Of a stretch of DNA of 64,000 nt, positions 34,207-53,720 are shown one piece after another. Position numbers and translations under genes: made by a program. Below the pieces are notes generated by a model. It had not been told where the DNA came from and did not search any database. It saw only the letters and a list, made by a program, of their open reading frames with translations. The number at the start of each line of letters is the position of its first letter. Within the stretch, counting starts at the first letter, position 1. Source of the DNA: the human T2T-CHM13v2.0 reference genome, Homo sapiens; assembly GCF_009914755.1 (NCBI RefSeq), contig NC_060939.1; one strand, 5' to 3'.

Positions 34207-37200
34207 TAGTGAGCAATAGTTCTCAACTTTTCTTCCATCCCAATATATGTGAGAGTGACAAATTGCCAGCAGAAACATCCTCTCCATCCTGCCTCAGTCT
34301 CCCCATTCCCTCTCCTCCCCTACCTCATTCTCCAGGAGACAGAGAGAAAACAGAGGAATAAAGATTACACTGGGGAAGGAGGGGAAGAATATTAAGGGTG
34401 AGAGAGTGAAAAACCAGCATGGGCACAATTTGAGATGTGGAATGAGAACTAGAAATAGGGCAATGTCATGATAGTATTCAGGGAAAGAGAATGTAATAAA
34501 AATGTAGTACATTACTATTGTCAAATGCAGCAGCATCAGAGAGCTAATAGAGTAGGGAAGATTCTGCTGAAAATGACAGGTGTAGGGACAAGGTCACTGA
34601 AAAGTCAGGATAACATGGAATCCTCAGTTCTCTTTAGAGGAAAGGAACAACAACCGTATTTTCTGAAGTAGTGGGAGGAATGGAACAAGAAAAATACAGA
34701 GACAAGGTCACGTTAAGATAGAGAGGTAGGCCGTGTGTGGTGGCTCATGCCTGTCGTCCCAGCATTGTGGGAGGCTAACACAGGAGGATCGCTTGAGCCC
34801 AGGAGTTTGAGACCAGCTGGGGCAATATAGTGAGACCCCCATCTCTGTAAAAAAAAATTATAATAAGGAAAAAAGAGAGGTAGATGAAAATTGAAGCCTC
34901 ATATTTTTCAGTTTGGCAAAGTAACCATTGAACTAATAAGTAGTAACTATTGAACTCATTAATAATTAAGATTGTAAAGCATTTGACCCGGTGAATTTTG
35001 TGAGAAAAGCATATTGCATTTTAAAGGAGAATCTCAGTGGAGATTATGCTTAGGAATTTGAGGCACAAACAGAAAGACTGACAATTAGTAGCATGAATAA
35101 ATTGAGGTTTTCTTTAAAAACTATTAGCATATCAGTTTTGCTTTGTTTTTGGTCTTTCCCTAGTTCGCTTATGTCCGGAAATAGGAGCAGGAAGAATGAC
35201 TGGTTAGAGTTATCAAGACTTGGGCTTTTCTTTCAAGAACTGACACCTGGGGTATAGGGGCAGAGAATTAGAGAATTGAAAGTGAAAACAGCTGATCATC
35301 TGAAATTATTAGAAAATCAATAGACTGAACAAACCGGGAGGATTTGAGCAAAGGAGTAAGTGTAGTGGTTCTGGATGAGAAGTGACAGTAAAAATGATCA
35401 AACAGAGTAAGGACTGAGTTGAAAGTATTGGTTCAGAACTGCTAGAGAGTAGGCGATCATTCATAATCTATTAAGTAGTTGGCTAGGCAGTGTGGCTAAC
35501 GCCTGGAATCCTAGCACTTTGGGAGGCCGAGGCCAGAGGATCAGTTGAGCCCAGGAGTTTGAGACCAGCCTGGTCAACATAATGAGACCCCATCTCTATA
35601 AAAGAAAAAAAAACTTTTTTTTAATTATAAAAAAAGAAAATCTGTTGAATAGTTGAGCTGTGATGCTCTAACATCAAGAAAGACATCTATTTATTACATT
35701 TAATTCGAGCTCAAATTTGTAATTTTGTTTACCTCTCATTTTCAAGAGATAGTTTCATCTACCTCTGTATTTTTCCTTTTTGTTGTTTTTTTATGGAGAC
35801 GGGGTCTCACTATAGTGCCCCAGCTAGTCTCAAACTCCTGGGCTCAAATTACAAATTATACCAGGTAAATTTATCAAAATGTATGACTTAGAATACATTT
35901 TTGTTTTGCTTCTTTTTGACTATATTTGATTTTTAATAGTTTTTAAAAATCTTATTTTAGCTGTAATAAGTGCTATTTATAGGTTTATTTGAGGGCTGTG
36001 ACCCATGTAATTAGGTGTTTATGAAGTTAAGCCAGAAGGTATATAACATATATATTTTAGTGCTTACAAAGATATTTCTTTAGTAATAGAGGGAATCCCT
36101 ACTTGGTTATACTTTTTTTTTATTTTAGAAAGAATGTTATAGGTTCTGAGGCCAACATACATACAAAAAACTTACATGTAACCTATACTATACATTGTGA
36201 TAGAGAAGATAGAGTATTGCAATATCTAGTCATTGTATAGCATTTTAGTAGAAAAATGAATGCACTAATTTAAGATGCTGGAAACACATCTCCTTTCCTT
36301 CTTAACTCTTTTTGGTAGGGAATTCTTTTCCCAATTTTTTTCTTTGCTTAGTATAAGCTGAGATTATCTCCTGTTCCAAGTCATGGGAGGAATGCCAGGG
36401 TCCTGAAGCAGGATTTTTTTTATATAAAGTTGGTTTCTCCAAACATCAAACCTAGAAACTGTAAAATAAGGATTAATATATTTGATTCTGTAAAATAAAA
36501 AAAAGCTTAAAAAAACAGACACACACCAAAAAAAAAAACCTCACCATAAACTAAATCAAAACACACTAAAAACTAAGGGAACTGTTTGCCAGATTATATG
36601 TCTAAGGGCTAATTTCCTTTTTTTCTTTTTTTTGAGATAGACTATCATTCTGTCACCCAGGCTGGAGTGTGGTGGTGCAATCATGGCTCCGAATAGCCTC
36701 GACCTCCCGAGCTCAAGCAATCCTCCCACCTCAGCCTCCTGAGTAGCTGGGACCACAGGTGTGTGCTACCATGCCCACCTAATTTTTTTTCTTTTTTTCT
36801 TTTCTTTTTTTTTTTTTTTGAGACGGAATCTCATTTAGTCGCCCAGGCTGGAGTGCAGTGGCACGATCTTGGCTCACTGCAACCTCTGCCTCCTGGGTTC
36901 ATGCAGTTTCCGGCTAATTTTTGTATTTTTAGTAGAGATAGGGTTTCAGCATGTTGGCCAGGCTGTTCTTGAACTCCTGACCTCAAGTGACCTGCCCGCC
37001 TCAGCCTTCCAAACTATTAAGATTACAGGCGTGAGCCACTGTGCCCAACCATTTTTTTTTTTTTCTCTTTAGAGATGTGTCTCACCATGTTGTCCAGTCT
37101 GGCCTTGAACTCCTGGCCTCAAGTAATCCTGCCTCAGCCTCCCAGAGTGCTGGGATTACAGGCGTGAGTCACCATGGCCAACCCTAATTTCTTAATTTAC

Positions 37201-39009
37201 AAAGAGCCCTTATAAATTAGAAAAGGGTGAACAGCACAATGGCAAAATGAACAAAAGGCTGTTAACAGAAAATTCAAAGTTCGAATGGACGTATGCTATT
37301 GTCTCATCACCTGCAAAGTGAGGCACCATGAAGGTGAGCCTCTTGCCAGGGCTGAGTTTTTGCTCTATTTCTCCCTACCTCCTTGATGACTTTTTTCCCT
37401 CAGATTCTTTCACATACTCTCCTAGTTTCCATCTAGGTTATGCTTTTTCCTCTGACTTGCAGAAACATTGTAATCACACAAATTTTCTCTTCCTGAAGTA
37501 GCACAGAGCTCTTTTGAGGTTTTCCAAGTGTGTTTATTACTTATAAAAAAGGAAAAACAGATGGTGAGCCAAAGGTTCCATCTTAGCCTCTGCCCACCTT
37601 GTTTTTAAATATAGATCCTGTAAAAAGAGATTAAAACTTCACACAATTGTGGGGTTTTGTTTACACAAAAGACTTAAGTAACATTTTCTGAGGCTTTCAT
37701 TCCCAGTCTCCTCCAAGAATTAGAATTGGTGTTGTAACTCTGGATTTGTAAGATAAGGTAGACAAGGGCTGAGGAGAGTATAAATACCGCCAGTAGGAGT
37801 TGCCCTCTAATAGTGATAGATGTGTTCATTTTTTCTTCTCCCCTTGGTATGAGTAGTCTTTTAGTTAAAAACCTTCTCACTCCCCATTCAACCTTGTCTG
37901 TTGAGTCCCAGGTGAAGGACATTTGGGCCCAGGTGGTACTAGCAATCATAGGGGCTTTGAATAATAATAGTAAGTACTCAGTTATTTTTGTGTCCAGATA
38001 CTGTGCATTATTTTACATGCATTGTATGTGTTTTCTCTTTTAAGTTTCTCAACCACATCATGAAATCCTTATGTAGACTATTGTTCTTATTTTATATATA
38101 TAGAAAATTGAGGCCAGGTGTGGTTGGCTCACACTGTAATCCCAGCACTTTGTGAGGCCGAGGCAGGCGGATCACTTGATGTCAGGAGTTTGAGACCAGC
38201 CTGACCAACGTGGAGAAACCCCTTCTCTACTAAAAATACAAAATTAGCCGGGTGTGGTGGCACATGCCTGTAATCCCAGCTACTCGGGAGGCTGAGGCAG
38301 GAGAATCACTTTAACCTGGGAGGGAGGTTGCGGTGAGCCGAGATAGCGCCATTGCACTCCAGCCTGGGCAACAAGAGCGAAACTCCATCTCAAAAAAAAA
38401 AAAGAAAGAAAATTGAAGTGCATAAAGTTTAAATAACTAGTCCAAGGTAAGATTATCACCCACTCTAGAACCAGAGCTCTCACTCAGGATGTTTGATTGG
38501 GAAGATAAAGTTCAAGATAGCAATAAGTCTGGTGGACAGTAGGTCTGGGGCAAAACAGGGTGGGACAGCCAATGATAAAGTCAGAGAAGCAGAAATGGAC
38601 TTCATGATTCCTTAGATCGATTCCTGGGATCTTGGTACCAGTTGGTCTTTATACAGACTCCGGTTTTTAGCTCTCTGTACTTTATCTTATGTCTCCTGAA
38701 GTGTCTGACACTTCTAGTTTCAGAGTCTCTTTGGGGCACTAAGGTGAATCAGCTGGCCTTTCCCATTGTAGTTTATTAAATATATTCTTGGATTTTTTCA
38801 GTCATTAGTAACTTCTGTTTCTACTGCTACTACCCTAGTTCAGGCCTTTATCTCTCACCTGGACTACCTTAGTAGCCTTCAAAATGGTCTCTTGTCTTAC
38901 CCTATTCTCATCTTTCAAGCAATTAATGTAAAAGTTTTATTATCAATTTTTGAGGGGGGAGATATTTCAGCCTAGTAAGCTTGCTGAGCTTCTTAAATAT
39001 AAATAGTGA

Positions 39010-39404
<395 letters not shown>

Positions 39405-40899
39405 TGAAGTGCATATAAAATAAGACATTCTTGCAAATTTAATATGTGTGAATATATCTGCAGTTTCTGACAGTTTTAAATAGGCCTTGGTCTTACTCTG
39501 AGGATAGGGTCTAAATTATGATAAAAACTGATGAAAGTGTTTCAGAATTTCAAAGCCTTTTTAACTTGTGGGTTGTCTCCTAAAATTTTCCTGTTTTGAA
39601 ATACTGATGGTGGCGAAGCGCAGTGGCTCATGCCTGTAATCCCAGCACTTTGGGAGGCCAAGGCGGGTGGATCACAGTGTCAGGAGTTCAAGACCAGCCT
39701 GGCCAAGATGGTGAAACGCTGTCTCTACTAAAAATGCAAAAATTAGCCGTGTGTGGTGGCGGGCGCCTGTAATCCCAGCTACTCGGGAGGCTGAGGCAGA
39801 GAATTGCTTGAACCCAGGAGACGGAGTTTGCAGTGAGCCAAGATCGCGCCACTGCACTCCAGCCTGGGTGACAGAGCGAGACTCCATCTCAAAAAAGAAA
39901 AAAAAAAGAAAGAAATACTGATGGCAAGTAGAAAGCCAATTAGATTCACTGAAAAGTCTGAATTTGAGTATTTTTAAGTATAGTATTACTAGTAGTAAAT
40001 GAATAGTACATACAAGAAATTAAAATGTAAAACATGTGTAATAGCTTATAATACATAAATTTTTATTTGCTGGAGCCAGAATTAAAGGCATGTTAAAAGA
40101 ATCCTTAAGTTTTTGAGTCCTTATTTTGAAAAAAGCGGGTAAAGCTTCTCTTTGATTCCCATTAATACTTCTAATATTTTCTAAAGAATAATTTCTTTAC
40201 AATTTCTACTAAAAAATCATGAATACTATATATTCATGCTGAATATATAAATGCTACATATATACACACATGTGTATATACACTGCATATTTCAAATTAG
40301 TGAAATTTTGACTATTATTTAGTGCATCCATTTTGCCTTACATAAGTAATGCAAAAATAGACTGCAAAATAAAAATCTTATCTTCTGTGTTCCAAATTCA
40401 ACTCCCTGTTTGAATGTCAAACTAAAAATGTCACAGTTCCAAAGCAGACATCATTTTCTTCTACAAACTTAATCTTCACTTGCCAAATTTCCATTGTTAT
40501 CAATTGTATGGATCTTAATTTTCAGAGTTTCCTGAGCCTTAGAGTCAACTTTTATTATTCTTTCCTCATCGTGCTCCACTTTTCACTGGTCACAAAGTTC
40601 TGTCAATTATGTTTTGTATAAGATTTCATTGAGTGGAAAGTGTTCTGCTGTTCTTAAAAAAGTCTGTGAGTATTGATAATTGGCTTTGGTAATTGGTAAT
40701 TTGGTAATTGGCTTTGGTGTCTGATCTCACTTCTCATCACAGTACTTCTACTTACTTTGGCTAAATTAACTTTTTAAAGCCTTAGTTTATTCTTTGAATG
40801 GAGGTAATAATGCCTGCTTCATAGGATTGCTGAGGATTCAGGTAACATAAAATTGAATGACAATTAGTAGATGTTCAATATATTTAATTTTTTCTCTCT

Positions 40900-40933
<34 letters not shown>

Positions 40934-41081
40934 AGACAGAGTCTTGCTCTGTCACCCAGGCTGGAGTGCAGTGGCGTGATCTTTACTCACTGCAGCCTCT
41001 GTCTTCTGGGCCCAAGTGATTGTCCTCCCTCAGCCTCCTGAGTAGCTGGGATTACAGACACCTGCCACCGCGCCTGGCTAA

Positions 41082-41231
<150 letters not shown>

Positions 41232-41953
41232 TAAAGAGCAGAGACTGGCAAATACTCAATTTTATATTTTCTCAAATATCTTCCAACTTTGAAGAGGTGT
41301 TGGAACTCAAACTGTGTGTTGTTGAGTACTTATTATATTGGTATTCTAATTGTTAAGCATTTAAAAACATTATTTGGCTAGTAGTAATTTTTGTACTTGT
41401 CATCACCTACATAAACTGCTTCTTATTTCTTAGTTATTGCTGAGTCCCCTGCATTTATCTTTTCCTTTGGATTATCAAAATCATAGGTGTCAAAACCTTG
41501 GCATATCACTCTTAGGATGTTTTACATTCCTGTTTAAGATTTCACTTACAGTTTAAACAGAAGGTTTTGTTGTTAGTATTTTTGGTCTTGCTTGAGTCTA
41601 TTCCCAAATTTACTTTACTCTTTAGGTGATTAAGAATTACAGAATGGTCCGGGCATGGTGGCTTACACCCGTAATCCCAGCACTTCAGGAGGCTGAGGCA
41701 GGCAGATTTAAGCAGAAGTCTGGGCTCCTGCTTGAGTCCAGGAGTTTGTTCAACATGTCAAAACCCCATCTGTACAAAAAATACAAAAAATTAGCCAAGC
41801 ATGGTGGCGCACACCTGTGGTCCCAGCTATGTGGGAGGTGGAGGTGGGAGCATCACCTGAGCCCGGGGAGGTTGAGGGTACAATGAGCCATGATTTTGCC
41901 ACTGCACTCCAGCCTGGACGATAGAATAATTGGGCTAAATTTTTGAGGTTTTA

Positions 41954-42220
<267 letters not shown>

Positions 42221-42578
42221 TCAGGTGGGAGGACTGCTTGAGCTGGGGAGGTCAAGGCTGCAGTGTGCCATGATCCTGCCACTGCGATCCAGCCTGTAGG
42301 ACAGTGAGAACATGATGTCTTAAAAATAATAATAATAATTTCCTCAGGAAATCTAGTTAATTCAGTAATATTTATAGGGTAGGACATTTTCCTAGATAAT
42401 AAAAATTTATTTGGCCTCTATTAATTGGGAGCTATTTGTTAATATATGTTGAGATACTTTGTTCAAATTTTACGGAGAATATTTAAACTACTTAAAGTGC
42501 CTTCCAAGTGCCTTTGTATATGTTAAAGTACTTATTTATTTTATGTTGTAGATAATTACTAAAATAGGTCATAGTTGA

Positions 42579-42866
<288 letters not shown>

Positions 42867-43375
42867 TGATCCTTTCACTTCAGCCTCCCAAAGTGCTGGG
42901 ACTGTAGACGTGAGCCACCGTACCCAGCCTGTTATTTTTTTCATTGTAAAGCTTAAAATTTAGAAAATCAGACAGACTGCCACAACTGTTAATTCTGTAT
43001 TCTTAGCCAACTATCTCATAACCTGTTTCTCCTTTGAAAAAATCTAAAAAGACAAAGGAGTACAAGCCTTATTAGGTCATTAAGAAAACCCTTGGCACTT
43101 GCTTTTGAAGTGATGGTGGTGAAGGAAAGCAAAAAAAAAAAAAAAAAAAAAAAGAAAAGCAAGCTTTTGGGAAGATCTTAGATGGTTAAAAAAATAATTA
43201 AGATCTGTGGATGGCTCCACAGTATTAGTGTGAAGTAGGCACTTTTTAGTTTTAATAAACATCCAAAGTACTTTACTGGCTATGATTCAGGAAATGAATA
43301 TACTACTGACTTTGCTTGTAAGTAAGTGAGTCGAAATATTTGTGTATTTGCTTCTAAAAAAAAAATCATCTAATG

Positions 43376-43580
43376 CAGAGATCAGCAAACTTTTTCTGTA
43401 AAGGATCAGATAGTAAATACTAATATTTTAGGCTTTGCATGCCATACTGTCTCTGCTGCACAAATTCATCTCTGCATTGTAGTGCAAAAGCAGCCAGAGA
43501 TGGTACATTAACAGATGAGAGGGACTGTGTTCCAAAAAAACGTTTATTTAGAAAAACAGACAGTCGACAGTAATTTGCCG
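43376..43580 (+). mobile_element. MER58-like hAT MITE
   Basis: cagagatcagcaaactttttctgtaaagg...ttttaggctttg...gtgcaaaagcagcca...gtgttcca. Confidence 0.7.
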
Positions 43581-44796
43581 GAGTTTCAGTTTAAAAATAT
43601 GCCATATATGGGAACTCTCTGTACTTTCTGCCCAGTTTTTCTGTAAATCCTAAAACTGCTTTAAAAAAATAATCTATCGAATTTTTTTTTAAACAGAGTC
43701 TCACTCTGTCACCCAGGCTGGAGCGTAGTGGCACGATCTCTGCTCACTGAAGCCTCCGCCTCCCGGGTTCAAGCAATTCTCCTGCCTCAGTCTCCCAAGT
43801 AGCTGGGACTACAGGTGTGCGCCACCACACCTGGCTAATTTTTGTGTTTTTTTAGTAAAGTCCGTGTTTCACCAAGTTGGCCAGGCTCGTCTCGTACTCC
43901 TGACCTCAAGTGATCTGCCCACCTCAACCTCCCGGATTACAGGTGTGAGCCACCAGGCCTGACCTGAAATTATTTAAAAATGTCACAGAGAATAAAAATA
44001 ATTTAGAATGAAATGATGATCAAACTTCAAAGACATCTCTTGGTTTTTACTGAATAATAAATCTACTGGATGACTAAATATAACTATTGACTGTCATATA
44101 TGCTTACAGATGGCTTCAAACCATTCTGTTTTATAGGGATCTTTTTAAAAACTTATTTTACTTGTTGATTAAAACAAAATTGTGACATTATTACATTTGA
44201 TAACGTAAACACCTAGAGGACCTTTTTCAACATTTGGGGGAATTGTTGGAGAAATTGCTGATTTAAAGGATTTCTTTGGATGAACACAAAATAATTGGTG
44301 AAGAATTTTTAACAATGTTACTATTCTTCTATCACTGATATAGTAATTACTTTGAGTTTCCATCCTACAGTATTTATTTTTTCTCCTAGTCTATAAATAT
44401 ATCCTGGAATGTGCTCGTCACTGTCAGCTAAAGTATTTACAATCATTGACTGTAATATCCATGTCATTCATTTGACAACGCATTTGAACAATTAATTTAG
44501 ACTAATGTGTTGTTGCAGCTGAATTAATTTTAATGGATTTTCTGGGGTTTTTAGTTTAAATATCACTATAACGTATCTTTACTTTTAACCTTCTTATTGT
44601 GAAATATAACACATAGAAAAATACATAAAACAGATATCCAGTTTAATAAATTATTATAAAGCAAACATCATTGGAACTACTATTGCAGGTCAAGAAGGTC
44701 GAAGAACAGAGCATTGTCAGCACCTCAGAATCCCCTTAAAAGCCCCTTTCCAACTATAACTCCTTCTGTTACCACTGGGGATAACCATAATCTTGA

Positions 44797-45032
<236 letters not shown>

Positions 45033-45108
45033 TAGGCTGGTCTCGAACTCCCAACCTCACGTGATCCGCCTGCGTTGGCCTTCCAAAGTGCTGGGATTAC
45101 TGGCGTGA

Positions 45109-45348
<240 letters not shown>

Positions 45349-45373
45349 TAAATTTTGCCTGTTTTTAAGCTTT

Positions 45374-45422
45374 GCATTACTTTTAATAGCAAAACCGCAA
45401 TTAGTTTTGCACCAACCTAATA
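45374..45422 (+). mobile_element. MADE1 (Hsmar1 MITE) fragment
   Basis: gcattacttttaatagcaaaaccgcaattagttttgcaccaacctaa|ta matches the MADE1 centre and one TIR. Confidence 0.85.
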
Positions 45423-45570
45423 AATAGAATAATACAGTAAAGACTGGTTATAGGCTGGGTGCAGTGGCTCACACCTGTAATCCCAGCACTTTGGGAGGCC
45501 GAGGCAGGTGGATCAGAAGGTTAGGAGATTGAGACCATCCTGGCTAACAGGTAGAACCTCCTCTCTACTA

Positions 45571-45768
<198 letters not shown>

Positions 45769-45902
45769 CTAATATATGTGAATGTTAATGTATAAGTATA
45801 GTAGATACATAATTAGACATAAGTATTTGTGTTTCTGACTGCAAGAAATACTTTAGTCACCTAAAACATTTAATTTTATAGAAATAATATTTTGTTTTTC
45901 AG

Positions 45903-45960
45903 GTGAAACTTCCACCGATGATGGAAATCATAACTGCTGAGCAGCTGATGGAATATTTAG
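45903..45960 (+). CDS. MINDY2: MINDY2 coding exon 2 (VKLPPMMEIITAEQLMEYL+G)
   Basis: Acceptor ttttgtttttcag|, donor TAG|gttagt. 58 nt, continues exon 1 in frame (phase 0). Confidence 0.95.
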
Positions 45961-46724
45961 GTTAGTGTTGAAAAGTGGATTTTATATCTCTTTCAAAACA
46001 AAAGTTTTCAAAGCTAGTTGATTACCCAGTCTCACCTTTCTGAAGTGCTATTATATAATCTATTTTAAAATTATAGTTTTGAATCTGCTAATTAAAAATT
46101 TTTATCAGTATGTTACTGTTCTTAGATGGTATAGTCTTCTTTCTGACCAGCATTAAAATTCTGTAATACCCATAAGGAATCTAGGTAACGTCTAGAAAAC
46201 AAGATACATCTTAATCCCAATAAATTGTAGAATGGGAGATGGTACAGAATCGCTGACATTGCATGTAGAAAGTGTTCAAAAATATTGGGTAGACTTGAAT
46301 TAAAGACAAAGGAGGTGATTTAGAGCAGTGCTACCGAAAGTGTGATTCATGGACCTATGCCAATCTACAAAATGTTAGTTATCAGGCTACAGTGAGGTAG
46401 AATCTTCTCCTAGGATGTAAAATATTTACATTAGTAAGCACACTGTTTATTTCAACTGAAATTTTTTTATAGGGAAATTTTCTTGTTGAAGGAAGTAATG
46501 TATTAAATTGCATTCTTCTCTAAGCTTCTTATTTCAAAACAGACCAGTAGTACAGTTTGTAGACTGGCTACATTGAGTTGAACTTGTTTAGAGAGCAAGC
46601 GGTTGTACATCACATTGTGGCCTTTTATAATCTGACAAATAAGAATTTATATATTTATACTATCACCAAATAGGAAATCTTAATCCATATTCTACAGTTT
46701 TTTCAGTAATTAAATTTTTATTTA

Positions 46725-47622
<898 letters not shown>

Positions 47623-47663
47623 TTTTGGGTTTTTGGTTTGTTTTTGTTTTTTTTGTTTTTTGA

Positions 47664-47822
<159 letters not shown>

Positions 47823-47896
47823 TAGTAGAGATGGGGTTTCTCCATGTTGGTCAGGCTTGTCTTGAACTCCTGACCTCAGGTGATCCGCCCACCTGA

Positions 47897-48106
<210 letters not shown>

Positions 48107-48957
48107 TCATTTAATCCCCATTCACTGGCTAGGGACCTCATAGTTAAGGGTAGATTACTCTGAATACCTAGATGTCTGCAAATCGCCTTAAAAAGAAAAT
48201 CCCTCTTTTAGGCTAGCTTAGTGATTCTTTTTATTTTTATTATTATTTTAAGTTTTTTTTTCCCCATGGGACTCTACTTGATAAATGATTCTTAAAGTTA
48301 GTGATTCCTAAGTTATATTTTATGGGGAAGGCTGAAATATGCTGGGTGATTTTGAGGAATAGCCAATATGACTGTCAAGGAGTACACAAAGGGGAGTTGT
48401 AGGAGATGAGATCAGAGAGTTGATGCAGTCAGGTCATATGGGGCCCTAAAGATGTAACAGCAATTTTGGTTTTTGCCATGAGTAAGCTGGGAAGCTGTTG
48501 GAGGATTTTGAACAGAGGACTGACATGATCTAACTTTGGATTTAATAAGAATTCTCTAGCATTTATGTTGACAATAGACCTTAGTGGGGGGTAAGACAAG
48601 TGGGAAAACTATTTAGGAAGTTATTACAACTAGCAAAAGATGGTGGCTTTAAACAAGGTAAAATAAGTGAAGTTTGTAAGAAGTGGTTAGATACTGGATA
48701 CAGAGTTGACAGAATTTGCTGATCAGTTGGATATAGAGTGAAAGTGGAGTCAAGGACTATCTCATTTTTGGTTTGAACAAGTAGAAGGATGGAAATAGGA
48801 AAACTGAAGCAGGAAAAAATGGAGCAAGGCTTTTAGGGAGAAATTGCAGGATTTTTGTTTTTAGATGTTTATTTACATCAAAATGGAGCGATCAGGCTGG
48901 GTGTGGTGGCTCACGCCTGTAATCTCAGCAGTTTGGGAGGCCGAGGCAGGCAGATCA

Positions 48958-49212
<255 letters not shown>

Positions 49213-49262
<50 letters not shown>
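49213..49262. repeat. (TA)25 microsatellite
   Basis: Direct read, uninterrupted. Confidence 0.97.
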
Positions 49263-49265
<3 letters not shown>

Positions 49266-49289
49266 TGAGTTCAGAGGAGAGGTCTGGAT

Positions 49290-49626
49290 CAGCACTTTCA
49301 ATTAAAATTTCTGTAATGATAGAAATGTTCTGTATCTGTGCTGTCCAGGTTAGTAGCCACTAGCCACATGCGGTCCTCAAGCTCTTAAAATGTAGCTCCT
49401 GTCTTGAGCCCAGGAGTTTGAGGCCAGCCTGGGCAACATGGTGAGACCCCCATCTCCACTTAAAAATTCAAAAATTAGCCAGGCGTGATGGTGTGCACCT
49501 GTAGTCCCAGCTACTTGGGACGCTCAGGTGGGAGGATTGCTTGGGCCTGGGATCCAGAGGCTGCAGTGAGCCAAGATCACAAGACTGCACTCTACCCTGG
49601 GCAACAGGGCAAGACCCTGTCTCAAA

Positions 49627-49683
<57 letters not shown>

Positions 49684-49780
49684 TGTGTGTAATGTGACCA
49701 AGGAACTGAATTTTTAATTTTATATAATATAAATTAAATTTAATAGCCACATATTGCTACTGGCTACTGTATTAGACAGT
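49290..49780. mobile_element. MER3-like element interrupted by an Alu
   Basis: ttctgtaatgatagaaatgttctgtatctgtgctgtcc...tagccactagccacatg...ggctactgtattagacag. Confidence 0.7.
49630..49690. repeat. (TG)n microsatellite in an Alu tail
   Basis: Direct read, one interruption. Confidence 0.95.
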
Positions 49781-50159
49781 ACAAGTCTAGCCTGTAAATA
49801 TATATTTACAGACAACATATATAAACAGTAGTTAGATTGGGTGAGATCATTAAGGGAAGGAATGTAGTAGATAAAAGAAAAGGTCAGTAGACCGAGTCTG
49901 GGATATGCCAGTGATTAGAAGGTGGGGAAGGAGAAAGAGCCGGCACGGTCAGCCAGGTAGAAGAAAAATAGGAGGCTGTGATTTCCTAGAATCGTAATGA
50001 AGAAATGTTTCAAGGAAGAGTGAGAGATGAGCTGAATCAAATGCTGCTAATAGCTCAGGCAGGAGGAATACTAAAAATTGACTGTTGATTTAGCCATAAG
50101 GAGGTCATTGATAACCTTGATGAGTGTATGGAATGAAAACCTGACTGGAAACAAGAAAA

Positions 50160-51630
<1,471 letters not shown>

Positions 51631-52371
51631 CTAGAGAAAGGGAACTGCAAAAAATACTTTATACAAATAGAAAAATTAGCCTTAGATAGTTCATCCATGG
51701 TAATAGGAGGAAAGACAGACTGTATTACAAATAGGTGCAGGTAGGTGGGTGGATGTGGTTGCAGCGCGTCTCTTGAGTGCTTCTATTTTCTCAATGAAAT
51801 AGGAAACAAAGTCATCAGCTGGGAGTGAGGATGAGGGGAGGAGTTGTTGAAAGTAAGAGGGAAGGTATAAAATAATTGGTTAGAGAAATGGGAGATTGAA
51901 TGGATTAGAGAGCTGTGGTATGATTTTTGGGTGTTACCTTTGAGGTTAGTGAAACCAGCCAGCATGGTGTTATGTTTTCTCAGTCACGTTCAGCTGCACG
52001 AGTCCAGGCCTGAATAATGGGAGGCCAGGATTTAACCAGAGCTGGACTTTTGCCTGATGAGCGTGTTGACGAAAGAATCTAGGGTATGTTGCTCTACATG
52101 TTGCCAGTGGTGGGGCCAGGGTTGTGCGGTGGGGGAGGAGGGGAGGAATCTAAGGTATGAAGGTGTGTATAGAGAGTGATTATAATTATGGGCCATAGAA
52201 TTTAAGCTGCGTAAAGAGGAAATGATGTAAGTGTGTTGAAGGAAAATGTAATGAGATTAATGGATTGTAGGTCTTGATTCCTGATAGAGCTGAGGAATTT
52301 TTGGTAATAATGAAACTGTATTACCATGGGAAATGAGTTTCTGAGATAAAGTAGAATAAAAGTTTTTTTTG

Positions 52372-52373
<2 letters not shown>

Positions 52374-52412
<39 letters not shown>
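52374..52412. repeat. (GT)n microsatellite
   Basis: Direct read. Confidence 0.95.
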
Positions 52413-52416
<4 letters not shown>

Positions 52417-52922
52417 AAGAATAAAATATTTTTGTTGGAGAAGAGGTCAAGGAACAGACAGGCAGGGTATTGGAAGAGACATCTCCATACATATTGAAAT
52501 TACCAAAAATTATGGGATTTTTGTTGGAGAAAGTGAGCTAAGAATAAAGGGGATTGGCCTGAAGGTCAGGAGATAACTGCAACAAGGTGGGTAGATAATG
52601 GGTAGAATTATCTGAGTTTTAAAACTGAGGAGTTTAGGGAGGAAGTGGGGAGAGAATGACAGGAGCAAGTGGATACCTATTCCACTTTGAGGTTCACTGG
52701 TAAAAGAAGTATGAGAGAGAACAGAACTATCACTTAAGAGAACTGCATTGTCGTCAAGACAGAGCCAAATACTCAGATAATAAGGTGAAGGGAACATTCA
52801 GAGGAGTTGAATACCTAGGGAATTTGCTAATGGCAGACTATGAGTTACAGAGAACACTGAAATTCAAGATAAGAATTTAGAAGTCATCAGTATAAAAATG
52901 GTATTTAAATCTGTGGAAGTTG

Positions 52923-53296
<374 letters not shown>

Positions 53297-53420
53297 TTAG
53301 GTGGAGCAGTGTTTCAACTTTCTTTTCGTTATTGCCATTCTGAGGGGCCTTTATAGACACTTTTGTCCTAATGGCTCACTTCAGGACATTTTAATACTGT
53401 AGATATATAGTATGTGTTAT

Positions 53421-53720
53421 TTTGTTTTGTTTTGTTTTTTGAGACGGAGTCTTGCTCTGTTGCCCAGGCTGGAGTGCAGTGGCGCGATCTCAGCTCACTG
53501 CAAGCTCCACCTTCGGGTTCACGCCGTTCTCCTGCCTCAGCCTCCTGAGTAGCTGGGACTACAGGCGCCTGCCACCACGCCCAGCTAATTTTTTGTATTT
53601 TTAGTAGAGACAGGGTTTCACCGTGTTAGCCAGGATGGTCTCGATCTCCTGACCTCGTGATCCACCCGTCTCGGCCTCCCAAAGTGCCGGGATTACAGGC
53701 GTGAGCCACTGCGCCCAGCC
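53421..53720 (-). mobile_element. AluY-like element
   Basis: Full-length antisense Alu with Y-type ctgcaagctcc and gttagccaggatggtctcgatctc. Confidence 0.85.
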
